From Octopus sinensis (taxonomy: Eukaryota), in NCBI RefSeq assembly GCF_006345805.1, contig NC_042997.1, forward strand, positions 178,808,001-178,872,000: a stretch of 64,000 nt of DNA. Direction: 5' to 3'. Below are positions 13,371 through 26,450 of this stretch, piece by piece. The number at the start of each line of letters is the position of its first letter. Within the stretch, counting starts at the first letter, position 1. Position numbers and translations under genes: made by a program. The notes under the pieces were generated by a model, which ran no database searches, was not told the DNA's origin, and was given only the letters and a program-made list of their open reading frames with translations.

Positions 13371-14479
13371 ACATGTTTATATATGTGAAAACACACCATG
13401 TTTGCATGCATACACCTATATAGAATCACTTATTACATGCCAAATTTCTGCTATCTTAACATATTTTCAGAGTTCACGCAACCATAATTTTCTGGTTAAT
13501 CGCTATCTTTCTGGTTTTGTGAAATCAAACTTCTTAAGATTGTATGTGTAGCAGATCTATACTGTGATTCAAACGCTTCGAAATACGAAGTTTTGCAACC
13601 GATATTTCGCCTCGTCATTAAAAATCGAACCTATGGCATTTTTCTTTAGGAAGTTACGGAATCTCGCAGATGCGATGACGTCAAGAAAAATCTAACCAAC
13701 GACACCCAACTACATATATACTTTGAATGACGTCAGCAAATTTAACAAATCCAAATTTGTTCAATGTAAATAAGTCACGCTCTATCATCCTCATAGTTTA
13801 CGAAAAGAGTAATGAATAACTGGCGGCGGAACTGAGGTATACGAAGATAGAAACAAATTTGATGAGGTCAGCAGTCAGTGAGCAACAAGTTGATACCGGG
13901 AGACAAGATGCTGTTGTCAAGGAAAAGAAAATACAAGCTGGTAGATAGACACGTGATTGACGAAGAATAACTGCAAATGAAATTCTTTCTCTAACTGATA
14001 CTGCTTACAAAACATCACCGGAAGTTCTGATTCTTTTTCAACAACCTGATTGTCGGAAAAATATGAACGCTATATTATGGAACCACTTCCATCAAAATTC
14101 ACCACCACACAGAAAAATGTCTGCTTGACACTGTAAAATGAACTCCGTTTTTTAGTCTTTCGTCTTTGCCTCTACATGACAGATGCATCTGTTATTTTTT
14201 CTTTCGTTCTAAAGTAACAATAAATATACCATGACTTTGACCTTCATTCATTTCATAAATACTGGCTCATCATATAATTAAATAAGTATGTATGTGACTA
14301 TGAATACACGCTTGCATCTGTAAAAGTATGTGCGTGTGTATGTATGTATGTATGTACGTATGTATGCATGTATGTATGAATATATGTGTGGAAGCTTTCT
14401 TTTTAATTATTTGAATAATTAATTGCTCTAGGAAAAAGGTGATTTTCAACAAAGAAACACAACTCCAGCATTAGAATTT

Positions 14480-16110
14480 AGTTAACAACAGTGGCGTGTT
14501 GTACTGCAAAGTGTGTTATCTAGTTACTTTCATTCCTTATCCCCACCAGCTTTTCGTGATTACAGCTTATACATTTAGTAACATAGCCAAGTGTAGCAAT
14601 AATTGTCGGTTCACATGTAATATTATAATCTGACTGGAGAAAATGTAGTTTTCAAAGTTTGCTTATAAATAATATCTTTCTTCCTGATTTTTGAAAGAAA
14701 TGCTTTAGAACTATTGGACAGCTGACCTCCGTAATCATACATAACTTTATACTCTTCTCTCTAAAACAACTAATGCCTTCCTGTTACGTCTGATTTTGCC
14801 GAATGTTTTGATTCCTTGTGTTGTAAAACGTGTGTGGTCTCAACAATAGAAAAGTTTGCTATATTTATCCCAAGTCGCTCTTTCTTTTGTATGATTGCAT
14901 ATTCTTTTAACATTTTGCTGAACTGACAAGCAGTACATAAATGTATCATTGGACTGGTGCTTTTCCCGTAAGAAATATCTTCCACAGGAATGTGGCATAA
15001 TCTACACTTACGGTCATCTTTATGCATTTGAGCGTTTCAATATATTATTATTCAGTAGGAATTTTGTAGCTGTCTACTGCACTTGAATGTCAAACTCCAA
15101 CCCGTGACGTGATGAAACAGGGACGTGTCGAGGGATGTACCCTTCTTTTCATTTTCCAACTGTTCTCTTACACTACTCCAAAAGTTCCAGAGTCACAAAA
15201 AATGTTGTACCGATGTGAATAATTCTTATTTCTTTACTACCCACAAGGGGCTAAACAGAGAGAGGACAAACAAGGACAGACAAACGGATTAAATCGATTA
15301 CATCGACCCCAGTGCGTAACTGGTACTTATTTAATCGACCCCGAAAGGATGAAAGGCAAAGTCGACCTCGGCGGAATTTGAGCTTAGAACGTAACGGCAG
15401 ACGAAATACCGCTAAGCATTTCGCCCGGCGTGCTAACGTTTCTGCCAGCTCGCTGAATAATTCTTGAGGAGTTCGCTACCGACCTGTAGAATATTGTTAG
15501 CTTTAATTTTGAACAATTAATCTTGAGTTCTTGGTTTTGGTATGCATTTTATTGCTATAGTTATTGCTTAGTCTAAAACGTTTGAGTAGTAGCATATGAT
15601 ATTCAAAGGCTGTCTGAATATAATCTTAGCTCTTTCACGTCATGTTAGAAAATATCAGTCACTATGACTATGCTCAGAAGCTCTCTTGTGATGTCAAGAT
15701 TTTGACTGTTTTAATAATTTTAGAGCGAATATCTTCTGTATGAAAATCCATATTATCGCAAATGTTGATACTAGTGCTGAAATATATGTATGGGACATTA
15801 TCGTGTTAGGAGAAAGCTACGACTGTAGTATTTTAAATGTCTGACATGATACTTTTCGCCCTTACTTTCCTCATCGCTTCATCGTTGCATGCATTTTCAT
15901 CAATTTTCTAAATGTGTAAGCAATCACTGTGCGGAACGAAGGGTATAGAGATAGAATTCATATAAAGGTTTATAGCCTGTGAAATAGTTTTTAGCATTCA
16001 ACTGTCAAGTATCAGTTTATTTGGGGGCCAAATTCTATATCTATGTAGCTGAAAATGTTATCAATTTTAAACGTTTCCATTATATTATATGTATCTATAT
16101 TTTTTTGACT
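14480..16110 (-). pseudogene. Decayed R4/Dong-like non-LTR retrotransposon (RT C-terminus, CCHC knuckle, restriction-like endonuclease)
   Basis: Minus-strand motifs in the expected order: IEFG, KIDEN, KILTSQESF, IQTAFE, IQVQ*TATKFLLN, HKDDRKCRLCHIPVEDIS, CMITEVSCP, PTIIATLGYVTK. Many stops and frameshifts. Clade assignment from remembered motifs. Confidence 0.7.
15228..15453 (-). mobile_element. Full-length SINE family A with 12-bp target-site duplication
   Basis: TGAATAATTCTT at 15216-15227 and 15454-15465; inserted into the RLE LINE. Confidence 0.92.
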
Positions 16111-16420
16111 ATGATATTTAAGTTTATTTTGACCAGCAACCTTCCCGGCGGTAATTTTGTAAAGAGAAGAAAAAAAAATAGACGTCATATTCCCGCCAAA
16201 ATTTGTGTAACAATTAGTGCATTTGTACTATGACTAAAGGTGATTATTAATGTTATAAGACCAAGCACTAAATTCGGAACGGAAGTACATATATGTATAT
16301 ATATATATATCAGTTTGTGTATATATATTATACTTAATACATATTCATATGTTTAACATATATGGTTTATATGTGTGTACATGCGTACAGGTGTGTGTGT
16401 GTGTGTAATAAGTATGTACA

Positions 16421-16483
<63 letters not shown>

Positions 16484-16789
16484 GTGTGCGTGTGTGTGTG
16501 TGGTGTATCATTGCAAATATAACTTATAAATTAGCATGTCTCTATATGGTCTAGAAGTTGTCGAAGATCCATAGGCGCAAAACATATTTTGTGGAACCAA
16601 TGATTGATATATATGCATATATATATATGTGTGTACGTGTGTGTGCGCGTGCGTATGTATGTGTGTGTATGAGAAATTAGCTCCACGTCTACATTAACGT
16701 ATTCAGTTAAAACTTTTATTCAAAGAGGATTGGGCATGCTCTATGTGAGATATGCATAGCGGAGGGTGAATGTAGAGCTATAACGAAAC

Positions 16790-17600
16790 CGGCAGATCAA
16801 AGGTAAATGCTCGTTTGATAGAAAGGTAGATCAGATCAACGGTACCAGAACAGATCAGATTCACAATTCGGAAGGTATTTAAATAATATGAGGAAATATG
16901 TATACTGGAAACGTAGATCAAATCGATGGCAGATCAAACAAATAAATACCTGAATACTACATTAACGTTAGGGTAGTTGATCTTTGCTGTGATGGTTGGC
17001 AGATCAATGGTGGAGCAATAGATCGAAATTTTTATGGTTCGAATCTAGATCAATGGTACAGTAGAAGTTCAGTAGCATGTAGGAAGATTAATGGTTTAAG
17101 AGATAGATAGATCATTGAAAATTAGTATGATAGATCAATGATGGTAGTTAAATGGTGAAACGAAGACCAGTCGATGGTAATAAACATGATCAACACTGAA
17201 TATCTAGGTAAATGGCTAGACTGTGGATCAATACAGTGAGGGCATATTAATAGTGAGATGGCTTATCATTCTTATCGTTCTTGAAATAGTGGCTAATCTG
17301 TGGTGAAATGGCGGTCAGGAGAGTAATAAGTAACGTGTACATTAATTGCAAATCAATGCAATCAACAGAGCGATAACAAGTAAATAGTGAGACGACACGC
17401 AGATTAATTATGATGGCAGATCAATGGTAAGATGACAAATCAGTGATATGATGACAGGATCAGTGGTAAGATCGAAAATAAATTGTTAAGTGCTGGATCA
17501 ATATTGATATAGTCCCCGATGGTAATGCGACAGATCGATTGATTGGCATGGATTAATTAAAAGAAATGAGATAGATCAATGGTGTAAAATTCAGATAATC
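16790..17600. repeat. Cryptic degenerate minisatellite with core AGATCAATGGT
   Basis: Many imperfect agatcaa/gatcaatgg units at irregular spacing. Confidence 0.6.
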
Positions 17601-18655
17601 TATGTTAATATGATGGATTACTGACGGAGCAAGCAAAGAAATCAATAGTTAGATTTTGATTAACCAGTGTTTACAATATACCAATCTTTTAATCAAAGCT
17701 CAAAAGAAAGAAGTATCAACGAGAAAATGAAAGATAAATATATTGTCTTCTAACTTCCAAAAGATAATTTGAGAGTTGATGAGTAGAGATTAAACAATCA
17801 TATAAGGACATCGATTAAACGACAAGAAGGATGTCAAATTAATCAATCAACTGCGGAAGAACACTGGAAAAGAATTATACAGAACGATATTCACGGTGTG
17901 GAGACATTAAAATGCAAATTTTCTTAGGTGCTTCTATAATACAAGCAGCTGTTAGAAAACATAAAGATACAGCTTTTCTGAAGAAATAGAGCTATGTAAT
18001 CTCTAAAACTGATTACCACATCTGTAATTAATACTAAGCAGATGTTACCAAATGATAGGTAGAAACTAGAAAACAAATGAAACTCTGTTTTTTTAAATAA
18101 AATTTTGCTTTAAAATATTGGCGTTAATTTTGTTTACTTTTCTATTAATTCTTTTTGTATTTTAAAAGTGTCATTTAAATTCTATTTTATCTTTCGTTAC
18201 AGTAACAATAGTTTTTTAAATGCTATTTTAGGTTTTTCCTATACTTTATGGTATTTGGTTCTATTCATATATTTAGTTTCAAACAGTAATGTTCTGAAGA
18301 ACTTTGCTTCTTTATTTTTTTCTACTGTTTAAATTTAAATGCTCAAGTTTCTGCGCGACAGTATAGCTGGAGGAAAATACTGCAAGAGAGTGTGCTGCAC
18401 ATTAAAATAGAAATATGATAGGGTCAGATATTCCCAGATCATCCCGCTGATCCCTTGGACATTGCCTCTTAAGGACAACCTTATTAATTATACTCTTCCG
18501 TTTCCAATACTGCTGCTGAAATTTGGAAAAAAATTGGCGGCCTTTTCTAGGCAATCCTTCAACTACACAGAGGCTCACTTGATACATATCTATATGATTT
18601 TGTATCACATTTTATATGCATCCATCCGACCGACTGACTGATCGTCCATCTGATC

Positions 18656-18738
<83 letters not shown>

Positions 18739-19384
18739 GCCTGTCTGTCTGTCTGTCCCTCTATCTACCAAGCTATTTATGTGTCTGTTTTTTTCCATAT
18801 ACCTACCTATGTATGAAATTGGCATTTATCACAGTAGATGGAGGGCATAGATCTCGGTTAGAGTGTGGGAAATGTGCTACATTTCGTGGTACTACTACTT
18901 CCACTAGTACTATGTCACATTTATTGGCACACGGTTAGTGGGATATGTTAAGAGTAATATGCATGAGAGTCAAATTAGACATATCCTTTTACTCATTACA
19001 AAGATCCTAAATACTTTTTAGTCACTGTTAGCCTTGTATAGCGCCATTTCATTTCTTTTTTTTTTCCGAATCATCAGTATGACATGCCACTAAGCAGATA
19101 TGTTACATATGACATGCCACTAAGCAGGTATTGAACATTTTACGAAGTGAAATACGTTATAAGATATTCAAAGTATGTGTTTTTCTTCCTTAAACAAAAT
19201 AGTTTACAAATGCTGAGACAATAGAGGGCAAATGTGAATATAACTGCGTCTTAAAACAAGTGTAGAAATGATAAATAAGTCACTGTCTTAAGACGTTCTA
19301 CAAATAGCTGCTAAAGTTTCTTGAAATTACAACGTACCGTCTTTGTAAATAATAATAATAATAATAATTATAATAATAATAATA

Positions 19385-19426
<42 letters not shown>

Positions 19427-19593
19427 GAAGAAGAAGAAGAAGAAGAGAAAGAAGAAGGGGGAAGGAGAATAACAACCAGGCTAAACCATGGTAGGATGAT
19501 CTCACTAAACACCTTTAAATAGCTAATAAACAACAAAATAAAAAGGATCCTATTAGTCTTCATAGTTAAATGCAGACATTCACAAACACCAAT

Positions 19594-19747
<154 letters not shown>

Positions 19748-19891
19748 TTTTCTTCTCGCGATCCCTTTTGATAAGAACTTTATTTTTCTCCTTTTTTTCT
19801 TCTATTTTCGAAAAGAAAAACTCTACATTGTATTTTGTCCCCTCTGTGTTCGACCCAGTGTGGCTAATAAAGAAACTTATCTCTCTTTCTC

Positions 19892-19951
<60 letters not shown>

Positions 19952-20534
19952 CCACTAATGCATTTATTTCTAATATGAAATGGAAGTGTTAATCGCGACC
20001 TGTTGTTGGGCTTATTGAAACGTATGCTTGGATTTTGTACCAGCAGTAGTTCAGTTAAGTATTAATTGCGGTTGTATTAGTACCTAACGCAGTTGGGGTT
20101 GCTTTTACAAGAGGTCATTATTATTGCGAGTGCAAATATGCACAAATAGAAAACAAGCATTACAAGAACAATCATCAACACACACACACACATCATCATC
20201 ATCGTCACATAAGCACACGCAGACTGCCCACGTAAATGCAGCTTCGGCAAATGTTCTGGATTACATCTATATCTATTGTGGCCGAACAAACAGCGGATTC
20301 TCTTCACATCTCTTACATACTGGATGATCTATCAGTTACCAATTGTTAGCTTTTCATCTTTTGGCTTCACAGTATTTATTTTCCGCCTGTTTTGCTAACG
20401 TCACCGGCAAACAATCAATAGCAATACTCACTGAACTTCTCAGAAAACCTGCCCACACAATGATATCTAATACTTCGTCTTAGAAAGTGGAAGCTTATGC
20501 CAGTATGCATACAGACGCGGTCATATATATATAT

Positions 20535-20583
<49 letters not shown>

Positions 20584-21615
20584 GACCGCTCTTTTACGAT
20601 GTATGTGTGTGTGTGTGTGTAGATGATTGTTCTTGTAACGCTTGTTTTCTATTTGTGCATATATATATTATATATATATACACACATACATATGAGGATG
20701 CATATGTATGTTTATATACTCATATATACTCATACATATATCTATAGATAGGTATAGATTAGTCGTATATACATATTTCAAAGGAGCCAAATGCAGAAAC
20801 GCTATCGATAAAGGGCAACTGAAAAACTCAACAGAAATGACGGTAGCCAAGTTTGGATTCAATGTGTAATAAAAATAAGGTGCAAAAATGAGATAAGAAC
20901 ATTTGTGAAAGGAAAGTTGGGTGAAATTTTCCTCTTTATGTGTTTATATGTTAATCCATTAATGTACGTATTTGTGTGTGCTTGTATGAATGAAAGTGTA
21001 ATATATGTGGGTTCTGAATTTAAATCGAAGAGTCTGTATTAGTTAATATCAGGTATTATTGAGGAGACTTGGAAAATGTATTTTAAGGTTAAATTTAAAC
21101 TATTGTAGCACAATAGCGATTTCATAAAATAATTGTTTATATATTTTAATGGGTTAATTTTAGATATACATAAATGCAAAATAAAATCACACTGTATTAA
21201 ATTGAAACATTTGCTTTTTCATAAAATTTATAACATTTTGTCTTATATTAAATTTTGAATTTAAATAAGATAAGCTGACATCTAATTGCGTAGTATATTT
21301 TTTTATCAACAATAATGCGTATTTTGAATCTATTTCTTATAACATAATAAAAGTGAATTGAATTGCTAAATTCAGTAAATGAAATTAAAATAATAAAACG
21401 AAGGGCGATATTTTAAGAAAAAATAATGTAATTTGTTTACTTCATTTCCACAAATATCTTATGAAAAAGCAACTAAAAATACTTAAATGTGTTAAATTTT
21501 ATACTGTTAATGTTCTAGAAAATAACAAATGAATATTTTGCATTGCCACCGTAATTTTCTTTACGACCAACCAAATTATACTCACGTTATACATAAATAA
21601 TTTTAAAACAAATCG

Positions 21616-22206
21616 AAAGTGATTTTAAATAGGAATTATAGTTACTTACATTATTCTGGAAATAAGAACCACAGAATCATAGATCAATTTGATAGGACCT
21701 TTATAAAAATTATTCTAACTGTATTCTTCAACAAGTAGTTAAGACAATATTTGTTTCGTTTGAAATATGTTACGTTTCTAACATTAGGATCGAGAGTAGG
21801 TACTGCAATTTACAAAACGTAAAGTAAAACCTGGATTCCAAACATTTTTCTACTCTTGAAATCTCTGTAATTTTTTTTTGTTTATCTTTGGACACCCTAC
21901 TAAAATGATACGACATTTGAAGGTGAAGTCAATTTTCTAATATCTAATTTCTTCTTATTTTTAAAATTGAATCAGATACAATAATACTCTAGATGGATGA
22001 ACGGAACTCGAAAAATATGCCCGTGTCTCAATGCATAAATACAATATAAATGTAAAGGTAAATTGAGCAATTACAAAAACAAAAAGAAAAACAAACTATA
22101 AAGCCTTAAAGTGATTTTAAATATGAATTCTAATTACTTGCATTATTCTGGAAATAAGAACTACAGAATCATAGATCAATTTGATAAGACCTTTATAAAA
22201 ATTATT
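21616..22206 (+). repeat. About 99-bp direct repeat (21616-21714 and 22108-22206)
   Basis: aaagtgattttaaata...gacctttataaaaattatt occurs twice with a few substitutions. Confidence 0.9.
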
Positions 22207-22467
22207 AACTTTATTAATTATTAACTTTATTAATTAAATTCAAAATAAAATTCAAAAACTTCTTCGTTTCTGTTTCTCATTAATGAGTTTCCCAAAAGCA
22301 TGAATCATTCTCGATGATTGCGATCCGTAAGGCTGCCTGTCGACTCAGATAATTCCTAGATTTTCTCTTGTTTCACGAAAAAAAATGAATAAAGAATCAC
22401 ACTAATATGTCAGCGCAAATGAACGAGGATCGAGTTCTTCAATCGCCACCTCTTAAAGGTTAAAACA

Positions 22468-22567
22468 ATACGTAGCTACGGCGGTACATATTCTAAAATT
22501 GGAACGATACAGATAAGATTAGCATGGCACCTGTGCAAGGGTGACACGCAAATTCGTTCCATATTTT
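22468..22567 (+). pseudogene. RNU6: U6 snRNA pseudogene
   Basis: ctaaaattggaacgatacagataagattagcatggcacctgtgcaagggtgacacgcaaattcgttccatatttt matches U6; ACAGAGA box mutated to ACAGATA and ~7 nt deleted near the 3' end. Confidence 0.9.
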
Positions 22568-22570
22568 CTA

Positions 22571-22725
22571 GGCGCAGGAGTGGCTGTGTGGTGAGTAGCT
22601 TGCTTACCAACCACATGATTCTGGGTACAGTCCCACTGCGTGGAAACTTGGGCAAGTGTCTTCTACTGAAGCCTTGTGAGTGGATTTTGTAGACGGAAAC
22701 TGAAAGAAGCCCGTCGTATATATGT
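22571..22725 (+). mobile_element. tRNA-derived SINE family C, 5' half
   Basis: ggcgcaggagtggctgtgtgg...cttgggcaagtgtcttc...gtagacggaaactgaaagaagcccgtcg; same head as 46695-47110. Confidence 0.88.
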
Positions 22726-22770
22726 ATGTATATATGTTTGCCCCAAAATACCATCAGTCTCAACTCTCAC

Positions 22771-22883
22771 CAAAATGCTATTCACCACTTCTACCATCGC
22801 AAATGCCATCTCTCGCTCATAATGGTAATGGACACTACAGACTGGGGACGCTACATATTTCTCTGCTGCATCTGTGCTTTCAC
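22771..22883 (-). CDS. Candidate exon (GESTDAAEKYVASPVCSVHYHYEREMAFAMVEVVNSIL)
   Basis: Acceptor cttatgttgttttag|, donor TTG|GTGAGA (alternative at 22752), phase 1 start. The CS.HYHYE motif loosely recalls N-termini of molluscan secreted coiled-coil proteins (unverified). Confidence 0.3.
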
Positions 22884-23330
22884 CTAAAACAACATAAGCA
22901 CGATACATGTAATGCCTGCATTGGACTGAACACTCTCTCTTTGCAATGCATATACAAAATATAGCCTTGGTCACGAATTAAGTGGTCTATAACTCAAGAA
23001 AGTACTCAATACAGTACAGTCACTAAGCTTTTTATAAAACAAAAGTTTCTTGAAGTAAATGTTTCATTGATTAATAAGAAGTTGCATTACAATAGTACGA
23101 TTTTTCGAAGAGGTGCACTGAAACAATTGCTCCATTGTATAACATCACTTGGTTAATAAAAGTTACGCTTTATGTATGTGTGTGCATATGATGTGCTTGA
23201 GCGGGTGTGTGTATGTCTGTGTGTGGTGAGGGCATTGAAATGACTGGCCACATCAATAATGCCAATGGATTTTATTTTGTACGTAAATAGTGAAGCTTAA
23301 GTTTTACAGTACAAATTGGATTCATCATAA

Positions 23331-23366
<36 letters not shown>

Positions 23367-23415
23367 ACACACACATATTCAAATATAAACATACATTAAC
23401 AGTATAACACACAAA

Positions 23416-23450
<35 letters not shown>

Positions 23451-23451
23451 T

Positions 23452-23660
23452 TTTACCCTTTTACTTGTTTCAGTCATTTGACTGCGGCTATGCTGGAATA
23501 CCGCCTTTAGTCGAGCAAATCGACCCAAGGACCTATTCTTTGGAAGCCTAGTACTTATTCTATCAGTCTCTTTTGTCGAACCACTAAGTTACGGGTACGC
23601 AAACACACCACCATCGGTTGTCAAGTGATGTTGGGGGAGCAAACACAGACACACAAATAC
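23452..23660 (-). mobile_element. SINE family C, 3' half
   Basis: ttttacttgtttcagtcatttgactgcggc...catcggttgtcaag matches the 3' half of 49422-49862. Confidence 0.85.
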
Positions 23661-23680
23661 ACACACGTACACACACACAA

Positions 23681-23756
<76 letters not shown>

Positions 23757-24130
23757 ATATTAGGGAGTAAATCCAAACCTACAGGGAAAAATTAGATTTA
23801 GGATTAAATCTAATTTTATAGTATAAATATATATATTATATTAAATTAGAGATAAAACCACTATTAGGCAATCAAACAGTGAAAATCATAAGCCAATACA
23901 TAGAAATAAAATTAATTCATAAAATATATAAAAAAATATAAAATATAAAATTCCAAATTAAAATATTTAAATTAAAGTTAAAATTTAAAAAATTATTTAA
24001 ATTAATAATTTAAACTTATAAATTTTATATATATATATATATAATTATTATTATTTTATTTATTTATTTATTTTTTTCAATTAAGTAACTATCAAAAAGT
24101 ATTAAAAGTTTAATATAAGATAAAGAGTAA

Positions 24131-24230
24131 AACCACTACGATCGTTTCATGCCCGTAACCAATTCGAATAACAATAATTTAAATTCAATTAATAATTCGA
24201 ATTTTTGTTACAGTCAATCTTCAGGTTAAT
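24131..24230 (-). ncRNA. Hammerhead-like motif with long stem II
   Basis: CUGAAGA, ~70-nt hairpin (UGACUGUAAC/GUUACGGGCA, AAUUCGAAU/AUUCGAAUU), GAAAC GAUC GUA; stem I weak. Confidence 0.5.
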
Positions 24231-25194
24231 TGTAATATTTTAATAAATAATCAGAAATATTTAAACAATATTTTTTAAGAAATAAATAATATAAAATTTT
24301 TCTTATAAAAAAACTCTATCATCAACCTAGAAACTTAACGATTATGATTATGTCAAAACATCGATTATAATGTTAAATATTAATTTAATTTTTAAGTATT
24401 AATTTTTAAGGTAAGAAACCCACCAATAATCTAATATCAGTTATAGTCAATATCTAATTACATAAATATTTTACAAAAAAATGACTATTCATATTATTAA
24501 AAATATGATATTTAAATAATATATAAATTATCAATGAAAATATATAAATGTATATAAATATTAGAATTAAGATCTAAAATTATCTCTATAAATAAATATA
24601 TATACACATATAAAAAAGACCTAATAAATTAATTATTCATATTAATAATAAAAATATTAAAATATTAAAGATGAAATAGCTAATTTCAAAAATACAAACA
24701 AACAATCTTAAACGAACGCTATAGCAAATTAACTATCTTTATATCTCGTTGGCTAAATAATAACTTTCAAAAATATATTTAAAATACTTAAAGAAATAAT
24801 CAATTCGTAGTTATATAGTATCAATTAAATACTATAAATATATTTATCAATGGGAATAATATAACTACCATTTATCAATTTAAAAAGACAATATATAAGT
24901 TATAATAATAATTATAAGAAATTTAAAACTACAATTAATGCTATTAATACATGTATATACATGAAACCTAACATTAAACAACTCGTATACTTGCTATCAA
25001 ACAATATATCTATCGCTAAGTAAATTCCTACGAATAAACTTAAAGTTAATATCTAATAATTATATAGAAAATTACGATAATTACATAACCAACGATTTTA
25101 CATAAAAAAAACAATAATATTATACCATAAGACTTATAAAGTATTAAAATTTAAAAATCTTAAATATAAATTTATACTTAGCTTAGCGAGGTTT

Positions 25195-25306
25195 TGTCTT
25201 TGGTCGACCCGAGGCTATAGTAGAAGACGCTTGCCCAAGGTGCTACGCAGTGGGAATCAACCCGGAACCATGTGGTTGGTAAGCAAATTACTTACCACAC
25301 AGCCAC
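25195..25306 (-). mobile_element. SINE family C, 5' fragment
   Basis: Reverse complement gtggctgtgtggtaagtaatttgc...cttgggcaagcgtcttc. Confidence 0.85.
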
Positions 25307-25316
25307 ATATTATATA

Positions 25317-25699
25317 CTAGCAGTATCGCCCGGCGTTGCTCAGGTTTGTAAGGGAAATAACTATAAAGCATTTTTAGAGAGTTATAGCCAAAAAATAGCA
25401 AAAAAATGGGAAAAAAATGATGGTAAATTTTTTTTTTATTAAAAAAGGTGGAGTTGCGTCTCCTAGACAGTTTGTGGTTTGTGTTTATGATTCTCGACCC
25501 CATGTCGAATTTATCGATTTTGTTCAGAACTGGGGGAACTTTTCAAAATTTTCGCTGCGTTAGTTTTGAATTATGACATTGGGCTATGTGCGTGTCAAGT
25601 TTCATCAGAATCGGTTGAAAGCCGTGGTCAGGGTGAGGGTACAAGCAAACAGACACACAGAAACACGCACAGACAAACTGCCGTTTATATAGAGAGAGA
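25317..25699 (-). mobile_element. Non-autonomous Helitron
   Basis: On the minus strand it starts TC, ends with a subterminal hairpin (CCTGAGCAACGCCGGG) then CTAG, and sits between A and T with no TSD. Confidence 0.85.
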
Positions 25700-25995
25700 T
25701 TATCTTATATTAAACTTTTAATACTTTTTGATAGTTATTTAATTAAAAAATAAATAAATAAATAAAAAATAATATAATATATATATATATATATATTTAA
25801 AATTTATAAGTTTAAATTATTAATTTAAGTAATTTAAAAAAGTTTAACTTAATTTAAAATTTTAATTGGGATCTTATATTTTATATTTTAAAAAATCTTA
25901 TTAATTAATTTTATTTCTATGTATTGGCTTATGATTTTCACAGTTTGATTTGCCTAATAGTGGTTTTATCTCCAATTTACTTAATATTATATATA

Positions 25996-26059
<64 letters not shown>

Positions 26060-26175
26060 CAAGAGAGACAGAGCAAGGCAGAAACAAGGAAAATGCCACT
26101 TATATGTGAACACTATACAAATATTCCTATAAAAAAACGTTTCTTTTAATTTTTCTAAATTTAATTATTTAATCG

Positions 26176-26219
26176 TTACAGTTGAAAAGGTCTCAAAATG
26201 ACCGAAACCGGTACTGAAA
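26176..26219 (+). ncRNA. Minimal hammerhead motif with U3-A8 core variant
   Basis: UUACAG-UUGAAAA-GGUC UCAAAAU GACC-GAAAC CG GUA|CUGAAA; palindromic stem III ACCGGU. Confidence 0.55.
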
Positions 26220-26263
26220 TGTTCTTTATAAAATTATTTTAGCATTTTCTATCTTGATTTTTT

Positions 26264-26296
<33 letters not shown>

Positions 26297-26298
<2 letters not shown>

Positions 26299-26450
26299 CG
26301 ACAGGTTTCTTTCAGTTTCTGTCTACCAAATCCACTCACTTGGCTTTGGTCGACCCGAGGCTATAGTAGAAGACACTTGCCCAAGGTGCCACGCAGTGGG
26401 AATGAACCCGGAACCATGTGGTTGGTAAGCAAATTACTTACCAGACAGCC
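26297..26450 (-). mobile_element. SINE family C, 5' half
   Basis: acgacaggtttctttcagtttctgtctaccaaatccactcac...ttacttacca. Confidence 0.85.

Larger units (their letters stand above)
23835..25988. mobile_element. AT-rich PLE-like element with ~290-bp inverted arms (23835-24123 / 25700-25988) and nested insertions
   Basis: Arms are reverse complements; hammerhead-like motif at 24131-24230 (-); contains a SINE fragment and a Helitron. Confidence 0.6.

Noticed and set aside
17780-18070. Possible PLE ORF N-terminal remnant (HKDTAFLKK)
   Set aside because: Too short and interrupted to support.
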